Source: Candidatus Aminicenantes bacterium (GTDB lineage: Bacteria; Acidobacteriota; Aminicenantia; Aminicenantales; Saccharicenantaceae). From it: a stretch of DNA of 64,000 bases. A program made the position numbers and the translations under genes. The DNA is taken from positions 27,007 through 91,006 of the forward strand of contig JAPKZD010000012.1 in assembly GCA_026393975.1 (NCBI GenBank). The letters run 5' to 3'. The notes beneath the pieces are model-generated. The model saw only the letters and a program-made list of their open reading frames with translations. It did not search any database and had not been told where the DNA came from. This document shows positions 18,647 to 28,165 of the stretch, one piece after another (the stretch's first letter is position 1; each line of letters begins with the position of its first letter).

Positions 18647-20572
18647 TCAGGGGGTCTCGTCGAGGCGGCTGACGATGATCCGGTTCTGGGGGTGCAGGAT
18701 ATTCTTGGCCTCGGGCATGAAGAGATGCTCGAGCCGCGTCCCGTAGAACTCGGCGATCTTGCCCCTGACCATTTTCAGCGTGGAATTGAGAAGATGGTTT
18801 TGTTCGGTGAAGCCTTCGCCGAGGACGGCCACGGCGGCGGGCAGCCAGCGCGCCGGGAACATCCCGGCGTGTTTCCCGCCTTCGCGGAAGGCGCCGATCT
18901 CGCCCTCGAGGAGCCGCAGGGCGGCCTCCTGGCCTTCCGGCGTCTTGACGCTGAGGCCTTTCGCCTTGAGTCCGCGCAGGAGGGCCTCCCTGTTCGGGAC
19001 GAGCAGGGCGACCGTGAAGGGCGACTGGTTGTTGTAGAGCATGATTTGCTCGATGTAAAAGGAGGCGTCGGTGATGGCCTCCTCGATGACCTCAGGGCTG
19101 TACTTCTCGCCGTCGCTCCCGATGAGCAGGCTCTTCATCCGGCCGAGGACATAAAGGAAGCCGTCGGTGTCGAGATAGCCGAGGTCCCCCGTGTAGAGCC
19201 AGCCGTTGCGGAGGGCCTCGCGCGAAGCCTTCTCGTTTTTCCAATAGCCGGCCATGACGTTCTCGCCGCGGACGACGATCTCCCCGGTTTTTCCAGCCGG
19301 GAGCTCGCAGCCCTGGTCGTCGCAGATCCGGAGTTCGAGGCCCGGAGCGATCCGTCCCGAGGAGCCGAGCTTGTGGGCCTTCAGGCTGTTGGCCGAGACG
19401 ACCGGCGCGGCCTCGGTCAGCCCATAGCCCTGGAACATGGGCATGCCCAGGGCGTAGAAGAACCGCTGGAGCTCGATGTCGAGCAGGGCCCCGCCGCCGA
19501 CGAAGAACTCGAGACGGCCGCCGAAATTCTCCCGGATCTTGCCGAAGATGAGCTTGTCGTAGAGGGTGTAGAGGGGCTTCTTCAGTATCGTCAGGCCGCG
19601 GCCCTTGTTCCATCCTTCGGCATTGTAGTCGACGGCGAACTTCAGGGCCTTGCCGAAGAGGGCCTCAACCATCGGACCCTTGTCGCGGACGCCTTTCTCG
19701 ATATTCTTCCGGAAGTTCTTGGCCAGTGCCGGCACGCTCAGGAGAAGGTGGGGCCTTGTGTCGCGGATGTTCTGCGGGATATTGCGCAGGGTTTCCATGG
19801 GCGTCCGGCCAAGTTCGATCGAGGCCATCGCGGCGCCGCTCCTCATAAGGGAGTAGATACCGCAGGTGTGGGCGAAGGCATGGTCCCACGGAAGGATGAG
19901 CAGGGACACATAGTGCTCGGGGCAGTCGACGAGAGCCCGCGACTGTTCGATATTGGCGGTGTAGTTCCGGTGGGTGAGGATGATGCCCTTGGGGTCGGCG
20001 GTCGTCCCCGACGTGTAGCAGATGTTGGCGTAATTGTCCTCCCGGACGGCCTCGAACGCGGCCTTGAATTCCGGTCGGCGAAACCCGAGGAATTCCTCTC
20101 CCTTCCGGAGAACCTCGGCGGCGGGGATCTCGTCAGGCGTATAGGCCTCGACTTCGTCCAGGACGACGGTGGTGACGAGCTCGGGCAGGTCTTTCCGGAC
20201 CTGGCGGATCTTGCCGAGCTGGGACCTCGAGACGACGGCTAGGCGGCATCCGGAATGGGCCAAGCGGAACTTGAGGTCGCCAAGCTCATCCACCTTGACC
20301 GAGATCGGGACGTTGACGGCCCCGACGAAGAGGATACCGAGCTCGCTCACGATCCAGTCCCGTCGGCCTTCGGAAATGAGGGCGGCGCGGTCGCCCTTGC
20401 CGAGGCCCAGGCTCATCAATCCAGCCGCGAACTTGTGGACGAGGCCGCGCATTTCGGCATACGTCGTCGGCTCATACCGCTCGCCGTTCTTCTCCCAGAT
20501 GAGGACGTTCCCTGGGTAAGCCTTGACGCTGTCCTCGAAGAGCCGGGGGAGTGTCCGTTCGGCCATGGGCAT
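18647..20572 (-). CDS. long-chain-fatty-acid--CoA ligase (AMP-binding family)
   Basis: 641 aa. The YTSGTTADPKG AMP-binding P-loop and a GYGLTE motif are present. Confidence 0.8.
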   Translation of the reverse strand: MPMAERTLPRLFEDSVKAYPGNVLIWEKNGERYEPTTYAEMRGLVHKFAAGLMSLGLGKGDRAALISEGRRDWIVSELGILFVGAVNVPISVKVDELGDLKFRLAHSGCRLAVVSRSQLGKIRQVRKDLPELVTTVVLDEVEAYTPDEIPAAEVLRKGEEFLGFRRPEFKAAFEAVREDNYANICYTSGTTADPKGIILTHRNYTANIEQSRALVDCPEHYVSLLILPWDHAFAHTCGIYSLMRSGAAMASIELGRTPMETLRNIPQNIRDTRPHLLLSVPALAKNFRKNIEKGVRDKGPMVEALFGKALKFAVDYNAEGWNKGRGLTILKKPLYTLYDKLIFGKIRENFGGRLEFFVGGGALLDIELQRFFYALGMPMFQGYGLTEAAPVVSANSLKAHKLGSSGRIAPGLELRICDDQGCELPAGKTGEIVVRGENVMAGYWKNEKASREALRNGWLYTGDLGYLDTDGFLYVLGRMKSLLIGSDGEKYSPEVIEEAITDASFYIEQIMLYNNQSPFTVALLVPNREALLRGLKAKGLSVKTPEGQEAALRLLEGEIGAFREGGKHAGMFPARWLPAAVAVLGEGFTEQNHLLNSTLKMVRGKIAEFYGTRLEHLFMPEAKNILHPQNRIIVSRLDETP

Positions 20573-20729
20573 CCTTCTCTTCCGGAATGATTTTTCTCAT
20601 CCTACGTCCGGCCGCTAGAAATGTCAAAATTCATTTTCGAACGGCCCGGGCCGACTAATCCATCGCGGGCCATTACGTATCTGGAGGCACCCGTTTGGGG
20701 ACGTTGAATCTCGATACGAGCAGGCGGCC

Positions 20730-21092
20730 ATGAGGGACAAGCGCCGGGACGTCCGTATCGTCGAGGAAAACAAAGTCGTCGTTTCGTTAATGACCGGCGA
20801 GATCCACCCCGGCACTCCGACGGTTTATTATTCCCTGACGCGCGACATCTCCGTGGGCGGAATCCGTATCATGACCGTGGCCCCGCTCGAAGCGGGCGCC
20901 CGCGTCCGGCTGGACATCACTCTGGGCCGGTCCCGCAAGCGGATCCGGGCCATCGCCGAGGTCCGCTGGGTCAGGGAGCTTTACGGCCGGGAGGTTTTCG
21001 AGGCCGGGCTCCAGTTCGTCGGCCTCGAACCGAACGCCGAATTCACACTCATCGACCACATTTTCGGGCTGAAGACCGACAGCGGGGCCTGA
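20730..21092 (+). CDS. stand-alone PilZ-domain protein (c-di-GMP receptor-like)
   Basis: 120 aa. RRDVR ... DISVGGIRI reproduces the RxxxR / D-x-S-x-x-G c-di-GMP binding signature. Confidence 0.6.
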   Translation: MRDKRRDVRIVEENKVVVSLMTGEIHPGTPTVYYSLTRDISVGGIRIMTVAPLEAGARVRLDITLGRSRKRIRAIAEVRWVRELYGREVFEAGLQFVGLEPNAEFTLIDHIFGLKTDSGA

Positions 21093-21162
21093 CCCGTCCG
21101 GACTTGCTTTTCTCCTGATCCTAAGTTAAAAATGAAACTCGTCCCGGAAAGGAGGAGGTCCC

Positions 21163-22539
21163 ATGTCCAAAATAGTCCTGACCGTAGCCTGCCTTCTCGC
21201 GCTGGCTCTGGCCGTGGCGGCCATCGCGCCGCCCCGTGCCGAGACCGACGCGGAACGCCAGGCCCGCTTGAAATGGTGGACCGACGCCCGTTTCGGCATG
21301 TTCATCCACTGGGGCCTTTACGCCCTGCCCGCCAGGCACGAGTGGGTCAAGAGCAACGAGCGGATGACCGACGAAGCCTACGCCCGGTACTTCGCCCATT
21401 TCAACCCGGACCTCTACAACCCCCGCGAATGGGCCCGCGCCGCCCGGCTGGCCGGGATGAAGTATTTCGTCGTCACGATGAAGCATCACGAAGGCTTCTG
21501 CCTCTGGGATTCGAAGCTCACGGACTACAAGGCCACCCGCACACCCTACGGCCAGGACCTCATAAAGCCGCTCATCGAGGCCATGCGGGCCGAAGGCCTC
21601 CGGGTCGGCTTCTACTACTCCCTTCTCGACTGGCATCACCCGGAATACACGGTCGATATGCACCACCCGATGCGGGACGACAAGGCTTTCGTCGAGAAGT
21701 CGAAAACGCGCGATCTCGGCAAGTACGCCGACTACCTCTTCGCCCAGGTCAGGGAGATCCTGACGGAGTTCGGCCGGATCGACACGCTCTTCCTGGATTT
21801 CTCGTTTCCGGGCGCGAACGGCAAGGGGCGGAACGAATGGCGGTCGGAAAAGCTCCTCAAGATGATCCGCAAGCTCCAGCCCGGGATCATCGTCAACGAC
21901 CGGCTCGATCTGCTCGACGTCGCGGGCGGCTGGGACTACCGGACGCCGGAGCAGTTCATGCCCCGGGAGTGGGTCAAGGTCGACGGCAAGCCCGTGCCCT
22001 GGGAGACGTGCCAGACGTTTTCCGGCTCCTGGGGGTACGACCGGGAAGAATCCACTTGGAAATCCGTCCGTCAGCTGGTCGCCATGCTCATCGAGACCGT
22101 CAGCAAGGGCGGCAACCTCCTCCTCAACGTCGGCCCCACGGCCCGCGGGACGTTCGACGCCCGGGCCGTAGAAAGGCTTCAGGGGATCGGCGCGTGGATG
22201 GAGAAGAACGGCCGTTCGATCTACGGCTGTACCCAGGCCCCCGCGCAGTTCCCTGCGCCCGCCAACTGCCTGCTGACCTACAACGTCGAAGCCAAGCGCC
22301 TCTACGTCCATGTCCTCGAATGGCCGTTGGGCGTCCTCGCCCTCGACGGCTTCGCCGGCCGGGTCGAATACGCCCAACTCCTCCACGACGCGTCCGAAGT
22401 CCCCTTCACCGAAAAGGGAGGGCAGGTCGGCTTCATGCCGGGTTCGAGGGGCCGGGAAGCGGAAAACACCCTGACGCTCCGGCTTCCCGTCCGCAAGCCC
22501 GACGTCGAGGTGCCGGTCATCGAGCTTTTCTTGAAATAG
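21163..22539 (+). CDS. alpha-L-fucosidase, GH29, secreted
   Basis: Signal peptide. RFGMFIHWGLY and HHEGFCLWDS blocks are typical of GH29. Confidence 0.8.
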   Translation: MSKIVLTVACLLALALAVAAIAPPRAETDAERQARLKWWTDARFGMFIHWGLYALPARHEWVKSNERMTDEAYARYFAHFNPDLYNPREWARAARLAGMKYFVVTMKHHEGFCLWDSKLTDYKATRTPYGQDLIKPLIEAMRAEGLRVGFYYSLLDWHHPEYTVDMHHPMRDDKAFVEKSKTRDLGKYADYLFAQVREILTEFGRIDTLFLDFSFPGANGKGRNEWRSEKLLKMIRKLQPGIIVNDRLDLLDVAGGWDYRTPEQFMPREWVKVDGKPVPWETCQTFSGSWGYDREESTWKSVRQLVAMLIETVSKGGNLLLNVGPTARGTFDARAVERLQGIGAWMEKNGRSIYGCTQAPAQFPAPANCLLTYNVEAKRLYVHVLEWPLGVLALDGFAGRVEYAQLLHDASEVPFTEKGGQVGFMPGSRGREAENTLTLRLPVRKPDVEVPVIELFLK

Positions 22540-22597
22540 CAGTGTTGGACCTTCGGTCCGATAGACCGATCTCGGAAGAGACAGACGGAGACTCGCC

Positions 22598-24466
22598 ATG
22601 AACATGCGAACATCGAAAACAGCCCTCGCCCTCGCCGCCGCGGCCATGGCCGCCTTGCTTTTTCCCGTAACCGCGGCCGCCACGCCCAAGGATTACTATT
22701 TTCCGGAAGTCAAGGTGGACGTCACGGTCGAGCGTGACGGCTCGTTCCTCGTGGACGAATACCGGACGTTCGAGTTCGAGGGCGGCTTCAGCTACGCCTA
22801 CATTGTCATCCCCCTGCGAGTCGAACGGCTGGGCGTCCGCCGCGAAATCGAGGTTTCGGGAATCGCCGTGACGGACGAGCAGGGGATGGCCCTGAGAACG
22901 GAGATCGGAGAGGATGGCGGGCGTCTCACCGCCAAGTGGTTCTATTCGGCCCGTGACGAGAGGCGGACCTTTCGCATCCACTACCGCGTCACGGGAGCGA
23001 TCGTGAGCTACGCGGACGTCACCGAACTCTACTGGCAGGCGATCGGCGACGCCTGGGACAAGCCGGCCAAAAACGTCCGGGTCACGGTCCTTCTTCCCGG
23101 CCCGGTCGCGAAGAAGGAGGAGCTCAACGTCTGGGGCCACGGCCCCCTCGCCGGCTGGGCCGAGGTCGTCGACGAGCGCACGGCCCGTTTTTCCGCTTCG
23201 GGCCTGGCCTCTCGCCAGTTTTTCGAGATCCGCGTCGTCTGGCCGGCCGGGATGGTCGTCGGAGTCCCGTCAGACCGCTACGATCTCGCCTCCATCAAGG
23301 CCGAAGAGCAGGGCTACGTCCAGGATACGATCGAGCGTGTCCGCAGGGCCCAGAGGGAAGAGGAACTCGGCCGGCAAGGTTCCGCGGCGAACAAGCGGAG
23401 TTTCCTGAAGGTCCTGGGCATCTGGGGAGGTTGGCAGGTCGTCGGCCCGCTCGTTTGGCTCCTCGTTTATTTCCGCGTCTGGTCGGCCGCGGGGAAGGAC
23501 TACCGGTTCGAAGGCCTCCCGGATTACGTTCGCGAGCCGCCGTCGAAAAACCCGCCGGCCATCGTCCAGACGCTGATGCGAGAGGGACGGACCGTGACGC
23601 CGGCGGCGTTCACGGCGACGCTCTTCGACCTGGCCCGTCGGGGCGTCCTGGAGATGGAGGACCGGAATGTCCAGAAAAAGGGGCTCTTCGGCTCCAAGGA
23701 GGCCGTGGAAACGACTGTCACCCTGAAAAAAGACCTGTCACAGGCCGGAGACCTGCTGCCCTACGAAAAAGCGCTCCTTTTATTCCTGTTCGAAGAGGCC
23801 GTTCACTCCGGAACGAACAAGGGGTCCTCCTTCCGCGTCGACGAACTCCAGAGCTTCCTGAAGAAAAAGCCCCAGAAATTCCAGGTCTGGTACCTGAAAT
23901 GGACGAAGGGCATCCGGGAGGAGGCGAAGTCCCGTGGCTTCCTCGAGCCGGAAAGCCTCAAGGCCCGGAACCTTTTCTATGCCGTCTCTCTGCCTTTGGC
24001 CATCCTGACCCTCAGCCCCGTCCTGCTCATCATCGCCGTGGCCCTCATCCCGACCCTCAAGAGGAGGACGATGGCCTGGGCCAGTGAGAACGAAGGCTGG
24101 AAGGGCCTCAAGCGCTTCCTCGACGACTTCTCCGAATTCGGAGAGATCCCGCCGGAATCCTACAAGCTCTGGGAGCGCTACCTCGTCTTCGGCATCCTCT
24201 TCGGCAACGCGAAAAAGATCCTAAAGATGCTGCCCGTCATACTGCAGGACGACCGGGCCGCCGTGCCCGTATGGTACGTAGGATTCAGCCGGGCGGGGTT
24301 GCTGACCGGCGGCGGCCTTCAAAGCATGATCAGCAGTATCGAACACACGGCCACGGCCATCCACCAGGCCAGCACTTCGGCCGCCCACTATTCGTCCGGC
24401 GGGGGCGGCGGTTTCAGCGGTGGGGGGGGCGGAGGCGGAGGGGGCGGGGGTGGAGGCGCCGGTTGA
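22598..24466 (+). CDS. DUF2207-family membrane protein with C-terminal poly-Gly tail
   Basis: 622 aa. Signal peptide, extracytoplasmic N-terminal domain, TM segments (LVWLLVYFRVW, LPLAILTLSPVLLIIAVALIP), then the SSGGGGGFSGGGGGGGGGGGGGAG tail typical of DUF2207. Confidence 0.6.
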   Translation: MNMRTSKTALALAAAAMAALLFPVTAAATPKDYYFPEVKVDVTVERDGSFLVDEYRTFEFEGGFSYAYIVIPLRVERLGVRREIEVSGIAVTDEQGMALRTEIGEDGGRLTAKWFYSARDERRTFRIHYRVTGAIVSYADVTELYWQAIGDAWDKPAKNVRVTVLLPGPVAKKEELNVWGHGPLAGWAEVVDERTARFSASGLASRQFFEIRVVWPAGMVVGVPSDRYDLASIKAEEQGYVQDTIERVRRAQREEELGRQGSAANKRSFLKVLGIWGGWQVVGPLVWLLVYFRVWSAAGKDYRFEGLPDYVREPPSKNPPAIVQTLMREGRTVTPAAFTATLFDLARRGVLEMEDRNVQKKGLFGSKEAVETTVTLKKDLSQAGDLLPYEKALLLFLFEEAVHSGTNKGSSFRVDELQSFLKKKPQKFQVWYLKWTKGIREEAKSRGFLEPESLKARNLFYAVSLPLAILTLSPVLLIIAVALIPTLKRRTMAWASENEGWKGLKRFLDDFSEFGEIPPESYKLWERYLVFGILFGNAKKILKMLPVILQDDRAAVPVWYVGFSRAGLLTGGGLQSMISSIEHTATAIHQASTSAAHYSSGGGGGFSGGGGGGGGGGGGGAG

Positions 24467-24990
24467 TGAGAGACGCCACGAAACCCCGCCTCGGCGCCCT
24501 GGCCCTGGCCGTCCTCTGCCTTTTGCCGGCGGGCTGCGGGACGCCGTCCGAAGAGGCCCGCGTCACGGAACTCCTGAAAAAGTCCGTGGCGTTGGCCGAA
24601 AAAAGGGAGGTCCGCTCCCTGATGGGGTTTTTCGCGGCGGAATATTCCGACTTCGAGGGCAGGGACAAGGCGGACGCCGAGCGGCTCATCGCCGATTACC
24701 TGGGGAGGTTTCGGGGGGTCGTCATCCATCTCCTGAGCGTGCGCGTGGATTGGCCCGGCCCGGAAGGACGAGCCGCCGTCGAGTGCGAAATGTCGTTTTC
24801 GCATGGGGCAGCAGAGGTCCTGCGGAAGCTCCTCCCCTATACCGGCGAATATTACCGGTTCCGGTTCGACCTGAAAAAATCCGGAGAAGGAGAGTGGCGT
24901 TTCGCCTATGCGGATTGGCAGTCCGTCTCTCTCACCGACCTCTTCCCGGAATCCCTGAAGATCCTGAAGAAACTTTTTCCAGACCTTTAA
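24466..24990 (+). CDS. small lipoprotein (lipobox LLPAGC), possibly NTF2/SnoaL-like
   Basis: Track ORF trimmed to ATG 24466, which overlaps the DUF2207 stop (TGATG). MRDATKPRLGALALAVLCLLPAG|C. Confidence 0.5.
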   Translation: MRDATKPRLGALALAVLCLLPAGCGTPSEEARVTELLKKSVALAEKREVRSLMGFFAAEYSDFEGRDKADAERLIADYLGRFRGVVIHLLSVRVDWPGPEGRAAVECEMSFSHGAAEVLRKLLPYTGEYYRFRFDLKKSGEGEWRFAYADWQSVSLTDLFPESLKILKKLFPDL

Positions 24991-25061
24991 CGTATCCCTG
25001 AATGAAGGGATGTTTCCGGCCGCCGGCCGGGACGCCCATAATCGACGTTCGGAGGGTGAAC

Positions 25062-25328
25062 ATGGACGATGAAAATAAACAAGGCAAAACGAAGTTCGAG
25101 GAATTCCGGCTGAACGGCGGGGAGATCCTCAACAAGGTCAAGGAGATCATCCACCAGGGCAACGTCCGCCGGATCATCCTCAAGGACGAGCACGGGAAGA
25201 CGTTCATGGAGATCCCGCTCACCGTCGGCGTCGTCGGCGCCATCGTCGCGCCCATCATGGCCGCCGTCGGGGCCGTCGCCGCGCTCGCCTCGAACCTGAC
25301 CATCATCGTCGAGAAGACCGAAGACTGA
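25062..25328 (+). CDS. DUF4342-family small protein
   Basis: Trimmed to ATG 25062 (GGAGGGTG RBS). KVKEIIHQGNVRRIILKDEHGKTFMEIPLTVGVVGAIVAPIMAAVGAVAAL matches the DUF4342 consensus (EGNVRRIII...PLTVG..GA). Confidence 0.6.
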   Translation: MDDENKQGKTKFEEFRLNGGEILNKVKEIIHQGNVRRIILKDEHGKTFMEIPLTVGVVGAIVAPIMAAVGAVAALASNLTIIVEKTED

Positions 25329-25354
25329 CCTTCGCGGCCGCCGCTTTTCTTTGG

Positions 25355-25405
25355 CGCTCCTCCATGCTATAACTGGTCCCTCGGATTCCGAAGCATGGAG
25401 GAGCG
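25355..25405 (+). promoter_or_regulatory. perfect 14-bp inverted repeat (23-nt loop) whose 3' arm contains the GH20 ribosome-binding site
   Basis: CGCTCCTCCATGCT (25355-25368) and AGCATGGAGGAGCG (25392-25405). GGAGGAG lies at 25397-25403 and the ATG at 25409. No U-tract follows. Confidence 0.5.
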
Positions 25406-25408
25406 ATC

Positions 25409-27490
25409 ATGAGCGGATACGTGTCGGCGAAATCCCGGGTTCTCTTTATTTTGACCTTATTGACGCTCGGAAGCGTCCTTGCTATATGCCTTCCCGCCGC
25501 CGCGGCCGCCTCCGTCGATGGCAGCCTCAAGCTCATGCCCGTTCCTGCGAGCATGACGGTCCGAGAGGGGCGCTTCCGGGTCGACGAGGACCTGACTATC
25601 GGCGGACGGAGCCCGCAGACGGGCCGGGCCTTCAAGGCCGCCGCCCGTTTCATGTCCCGGTTGGCCGGGAGGACCGGGCTCTTCCTGAAACAGGATTTTC
25701 TGGCTGCCCAAGATCCCCCGGGTGAGGGAGGCGTTCTCTACGGCTTCGAAAGAGCCGGGGCGCTCCTGCCGAACGAGGATGAGTCCTACGCGCTCACGGT
25801 CGATCCGGACAAGGTCACGTTGGACGCCAAGACGGACATCGGTGTCCTGCGCGGCCTCGAAACCCTGCTCCAGCTCCTCAGCGTGGACGAGGCAGGCTAC
25901 TATTTTCCCTGCGTCGATATCGCCGACAAACCGCGCTTCACCTGGCGCGGGCTGCTCATCGACGTCGGCCGTCACTTCCAGCCCGTCGACGTCATCAAGC
26001 GGAACCTTGATGCCATGGCCGCGGTCAAGATGAACGTCTTCCACTGGCATCTGACCGAGGACCAGGGCTTTCGGGTCGAATCCAAGGTCTTTCCCAAGCT
26101 CAACCAGCTCGGCTCCGATGGGATGTTCTACACCCAGGGCCAGATCCGGGATATCATCGACTACGCGGCCGAACGCGGGATCCGGGTCATGCCCGAGTTC
26201 GACATCCCCGGCCATTCGACGAGCTGGTTCGTCGCCTACCCCGAGTTCTCGAGCGCGCCGGGCCCTTACGGGATCGAAAGGAAGTTCGGCGTCTTCGGTC
26301 CGGCCTTCAACCCGGCCGACGAGCGGATCTATCCCTTCCTCGACGCGTTCCTCAAGGAGATGAGCGCCCTGTTTCCCGACCCGTACCTGCATATCGGGGG
26401 GGACGAAGTCGAAGGCCATCAGTGGGAAGCCAACCCGGCCATCCAGGCCTTCAAGAAAAAGAGCGGCCTCGCGGACAACGGCGCCCTCCAGGCCTATTTC
26501 AACAAGCGTCTTCTCAAGATCCTGACCAAGTACGGCAAGAAGATGGTCGGCTGGGACGAGGTCTTCCAGCCCGGGCTGCCGAACGACATCGTCATCCATT
26601 CCTGGCGCGGCCCGAAGGCCCTCGTCGAGGCTGCTCAGAAGGGATATCAGGGGATCCTCTCGAACGGCTATTACATCGATCTGTGCCAGCCGGCCGAGGC
26701 CCATTATCTGAACGACCCCCTGCCTCCGGATTCGCCGCTCGACGACCGTCAGAAGGCGCTCATCCTGGGCGGCGAAGCGACGATGTGGTCCGAGCTGGTG
26801 ACGCCGGAGACGATCGACTCGCGGATCTGGCCGCGGACGGCGGCCATCGCCGAGCGGTTCTGGTCCCCGGGCTCGGTGACGAACGTTGACGACATGTACC
26901 GCCGGCTCGGTCTGGTCAGCGTCGAGCTCGAGGAGCTGGGCCTCCTCCATCTCAAGAACCCGGATATGCTGCTCAGACGCCTCGCCGGTGACCCGCGGAT
27001 CGAGCCGCTGAAGGTCCTGGCGGAAGCTGTCGAGCCGCTCAAGAATTACGAGCGGCACGGCCAGGCCGCCTACACCAGCCTTTCCCCCTTCACGCGCTTC
27101 GTCGACGCCTGCGCGCCCGAATCCCTTGCCGCGCGGGCCTTCAGGAAGAACATCGACCAGTTCCTGACTGGAAAAGACCCGATGCTCGGCCGGGAGATCG
27201 GCGCGACCCTGGCGCTTTGGAAGGCCAACCACGTCCTGGTCCTGCCCCTCATCGCGGCTTCGCCGGCTTTGAGAGAGATCGAGCCTCTGTCGCTCGGCCT
27301 GGCCCGTGCCTGCGAGGTCGGGCTCGAGGCGCTCGACCGGCTCATGAAGGGGCAGAGCCAGCCGGCGGCCTGGGCGGAGGAAAAGGGGAAGATCCTGGCC
27401 GAAGCGGCCAAACCGGCGGCCCACGCCGAACTCGCCGTTCTCTCGGCCGTGACCAAGTTGGTCGAGGCCTGTGCGGGGCCGGTCAAATGA
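25409..27490 (+). CDS. beta-N-acetylhexosaminidase, GH20, secreted
   Basis: 693 aa. Signal peptide. The HWHLTEDQGFR, MPEFDIPGH and HIGGDEV blocks are GH20 catalytic-core motifs. Confidence 0.85.
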   Translation: MSGYVSAKSRVLFILTLLTLGSVLAICLPAAAAASVDGSLKLMPVPASMTVREGRFRVDEDLTIGGRSPQTGRAFKAAARFMSRLAGRTGLFLKQDFLAAQDPPGEGGVLYGFERAGALLPNEDESYALTVDPDKVTLDAKTDIGVLRGLETLLQLLSVDEAGYYFPCVDIADKPRFTWRGLLIDVGRHFQPVDVIKRNLDAMAAVKMNVFHWHLTEDQGFRVESKVFPKLNQLGSDGMFYTQGQIRDIIDYAAERGIRVMPEFDIPGHSTSWFVAYPEFSSAPGPYGIERKFGVFGPAFNPADERIYPFLDAFLKEMSALFPDPYLHIGGDEVEGHQWEANPAIQAFKKKSGLADNGALQAYFNKRLLKILTKYGKKMVGWDEVFQPGLPNDIVIHSWRGPKALVEAAQKGYQGILSNGYYIDLCQPAEAHYLNDPLPPDSPLDDRQKALILGGEATMWSELVTPETIDSRIWPRTAAIAERFWSPGSVTNVDDMYRRLGLVSVELEELGLLHLKNPDMLLRRLAGDPRIEPLKVLAEAVEPLKNYERHGQAAYTSLSPFTRFVDACAPESLAARAFRKNIDQFLTGKDPMLGREIGATLALWKANHVLVLPLIAASPALREIEPLSLGLARACEVGLEALDRLMKGQSQPAAWAEEKGKILAEAAKPAAHAELAVLSAVTKLVEACAGPVK

Positions 27491-28155
27491 CGCTCTCCGC
27501 ACCGCGACGCTCGTACACGATCCTGCCGGTCGACGCCGAGTTCTTGCCCGGCGATGCCTCCGGGCCCTGGCCGGGGATCCCGTCGCTCGGGATCGATCAC
27601 TATCTCTGGCTCGACAACGGCTACCGCCCCCCGGTCGAGATCAAGCTGTGTTATTCCCGTAGTTCCCTCCATGTCAGGTTCCGGGTGGGGGAGCGCCGGG
27701 TGCGCGTCAAATACGTGAAATTCCAGGACCCCGTCTACAAAGACAGCTGCGTCGAGTTCTTCATCGACGCTTTCCCGGAAAGCCGGCAGGGATACGTCAA
27801 TTTCGAGACCAACGCCGCGGGAACCCTATTGGCCGCCTTCGGTCCCGACCGTGACAACCGAAAACCGCTTTGGCCCGAAGACCTTTCCGGCTTCGAGGTC
27901 GCCTCGTCGATCGGCGGGCCCTGCGATGGCGAGCACGGCGGCGACACGTGGACGCTCGAGTATAAGGTGCCGCTCGTCCTTTTCCGAAAAATTTACGGTC
28001 AGGAGATCCTTCCCGGACATCGGGCCACCGCGAATTTCTACAAGTGCGGCGACGAGACGGAAGTCCCCCACTTCGGGGCCTGGAGCCCGGTTGATACCCC
28101 CTCTCCCGACTTTCATCGCCCTGAGTTCTTCGGCGAAGTCGTCTTCGGGCAGTGA
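27487..28155 (+). CDS. carbohydrate-binding family 9 (CBM9)-like domain protein
   Basis: ATG 27487 overlaps the GH20 stop (ATGA). 222 aa. The pattern of aromatic/acidic residues (YVNFETNAAGT, WTLEYKVP) suggests a CBM9/DOMON-like fold. Confidence 0.45.
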   Translation: MTLSAPRRSYTILPVDAEFLPGDASGPWPGIPSLGIDHYLWLDNGYRPPVEIKLCYSRSSLHVRFRVGERRVRVKYVKFQDPVYKDSCVEFFIDAFPESRQGYVNFETNAAGTLLAAFGPDRDNRKPLWPEDLSGFEVASSIGGPCDGEHGGDTWTLEYKVPLVLFRKIYGQEILPGHRATANFYKCGDETEVPHFGAWSPVDTPSPDFHRPEFFGEVVFGQ

Positions 28156-28165
28156 TGACAAGGCC

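Noticed and set aside
15819-20242. Long plus-strand ORFs (15819..17318, 17459..20242) across the TIM::DUF1080, Gfo and acyl-CoA ligase genes
   Set aside because: Shadow ORFs. The minus-strand genes carry Rossmann, AMP-binding and DUF1080 signatures.
21121-22689. 522-aa minus-strand ORF opposite the GH29 fucosidase
   Set aside because: Shadow ORF. GH29 motifs are in the plus frame.
24271-24465. N-terminal extension of the lipoprotein ORF (24271 start) suggesting a frameshifted fusion with DUF2207
   Set aside because: The extension is an R/G-rich alternate frame through the poly-Gly-encoding GGN repeats. The in-frame ATG at 24466, followed by a lipobox, is the natural start.
25457-27502. 681-aa minus-strand ORF opposite GH20
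   Set aside because: Shadow ORF. GH20 catalytic motifs are in the plus frame.
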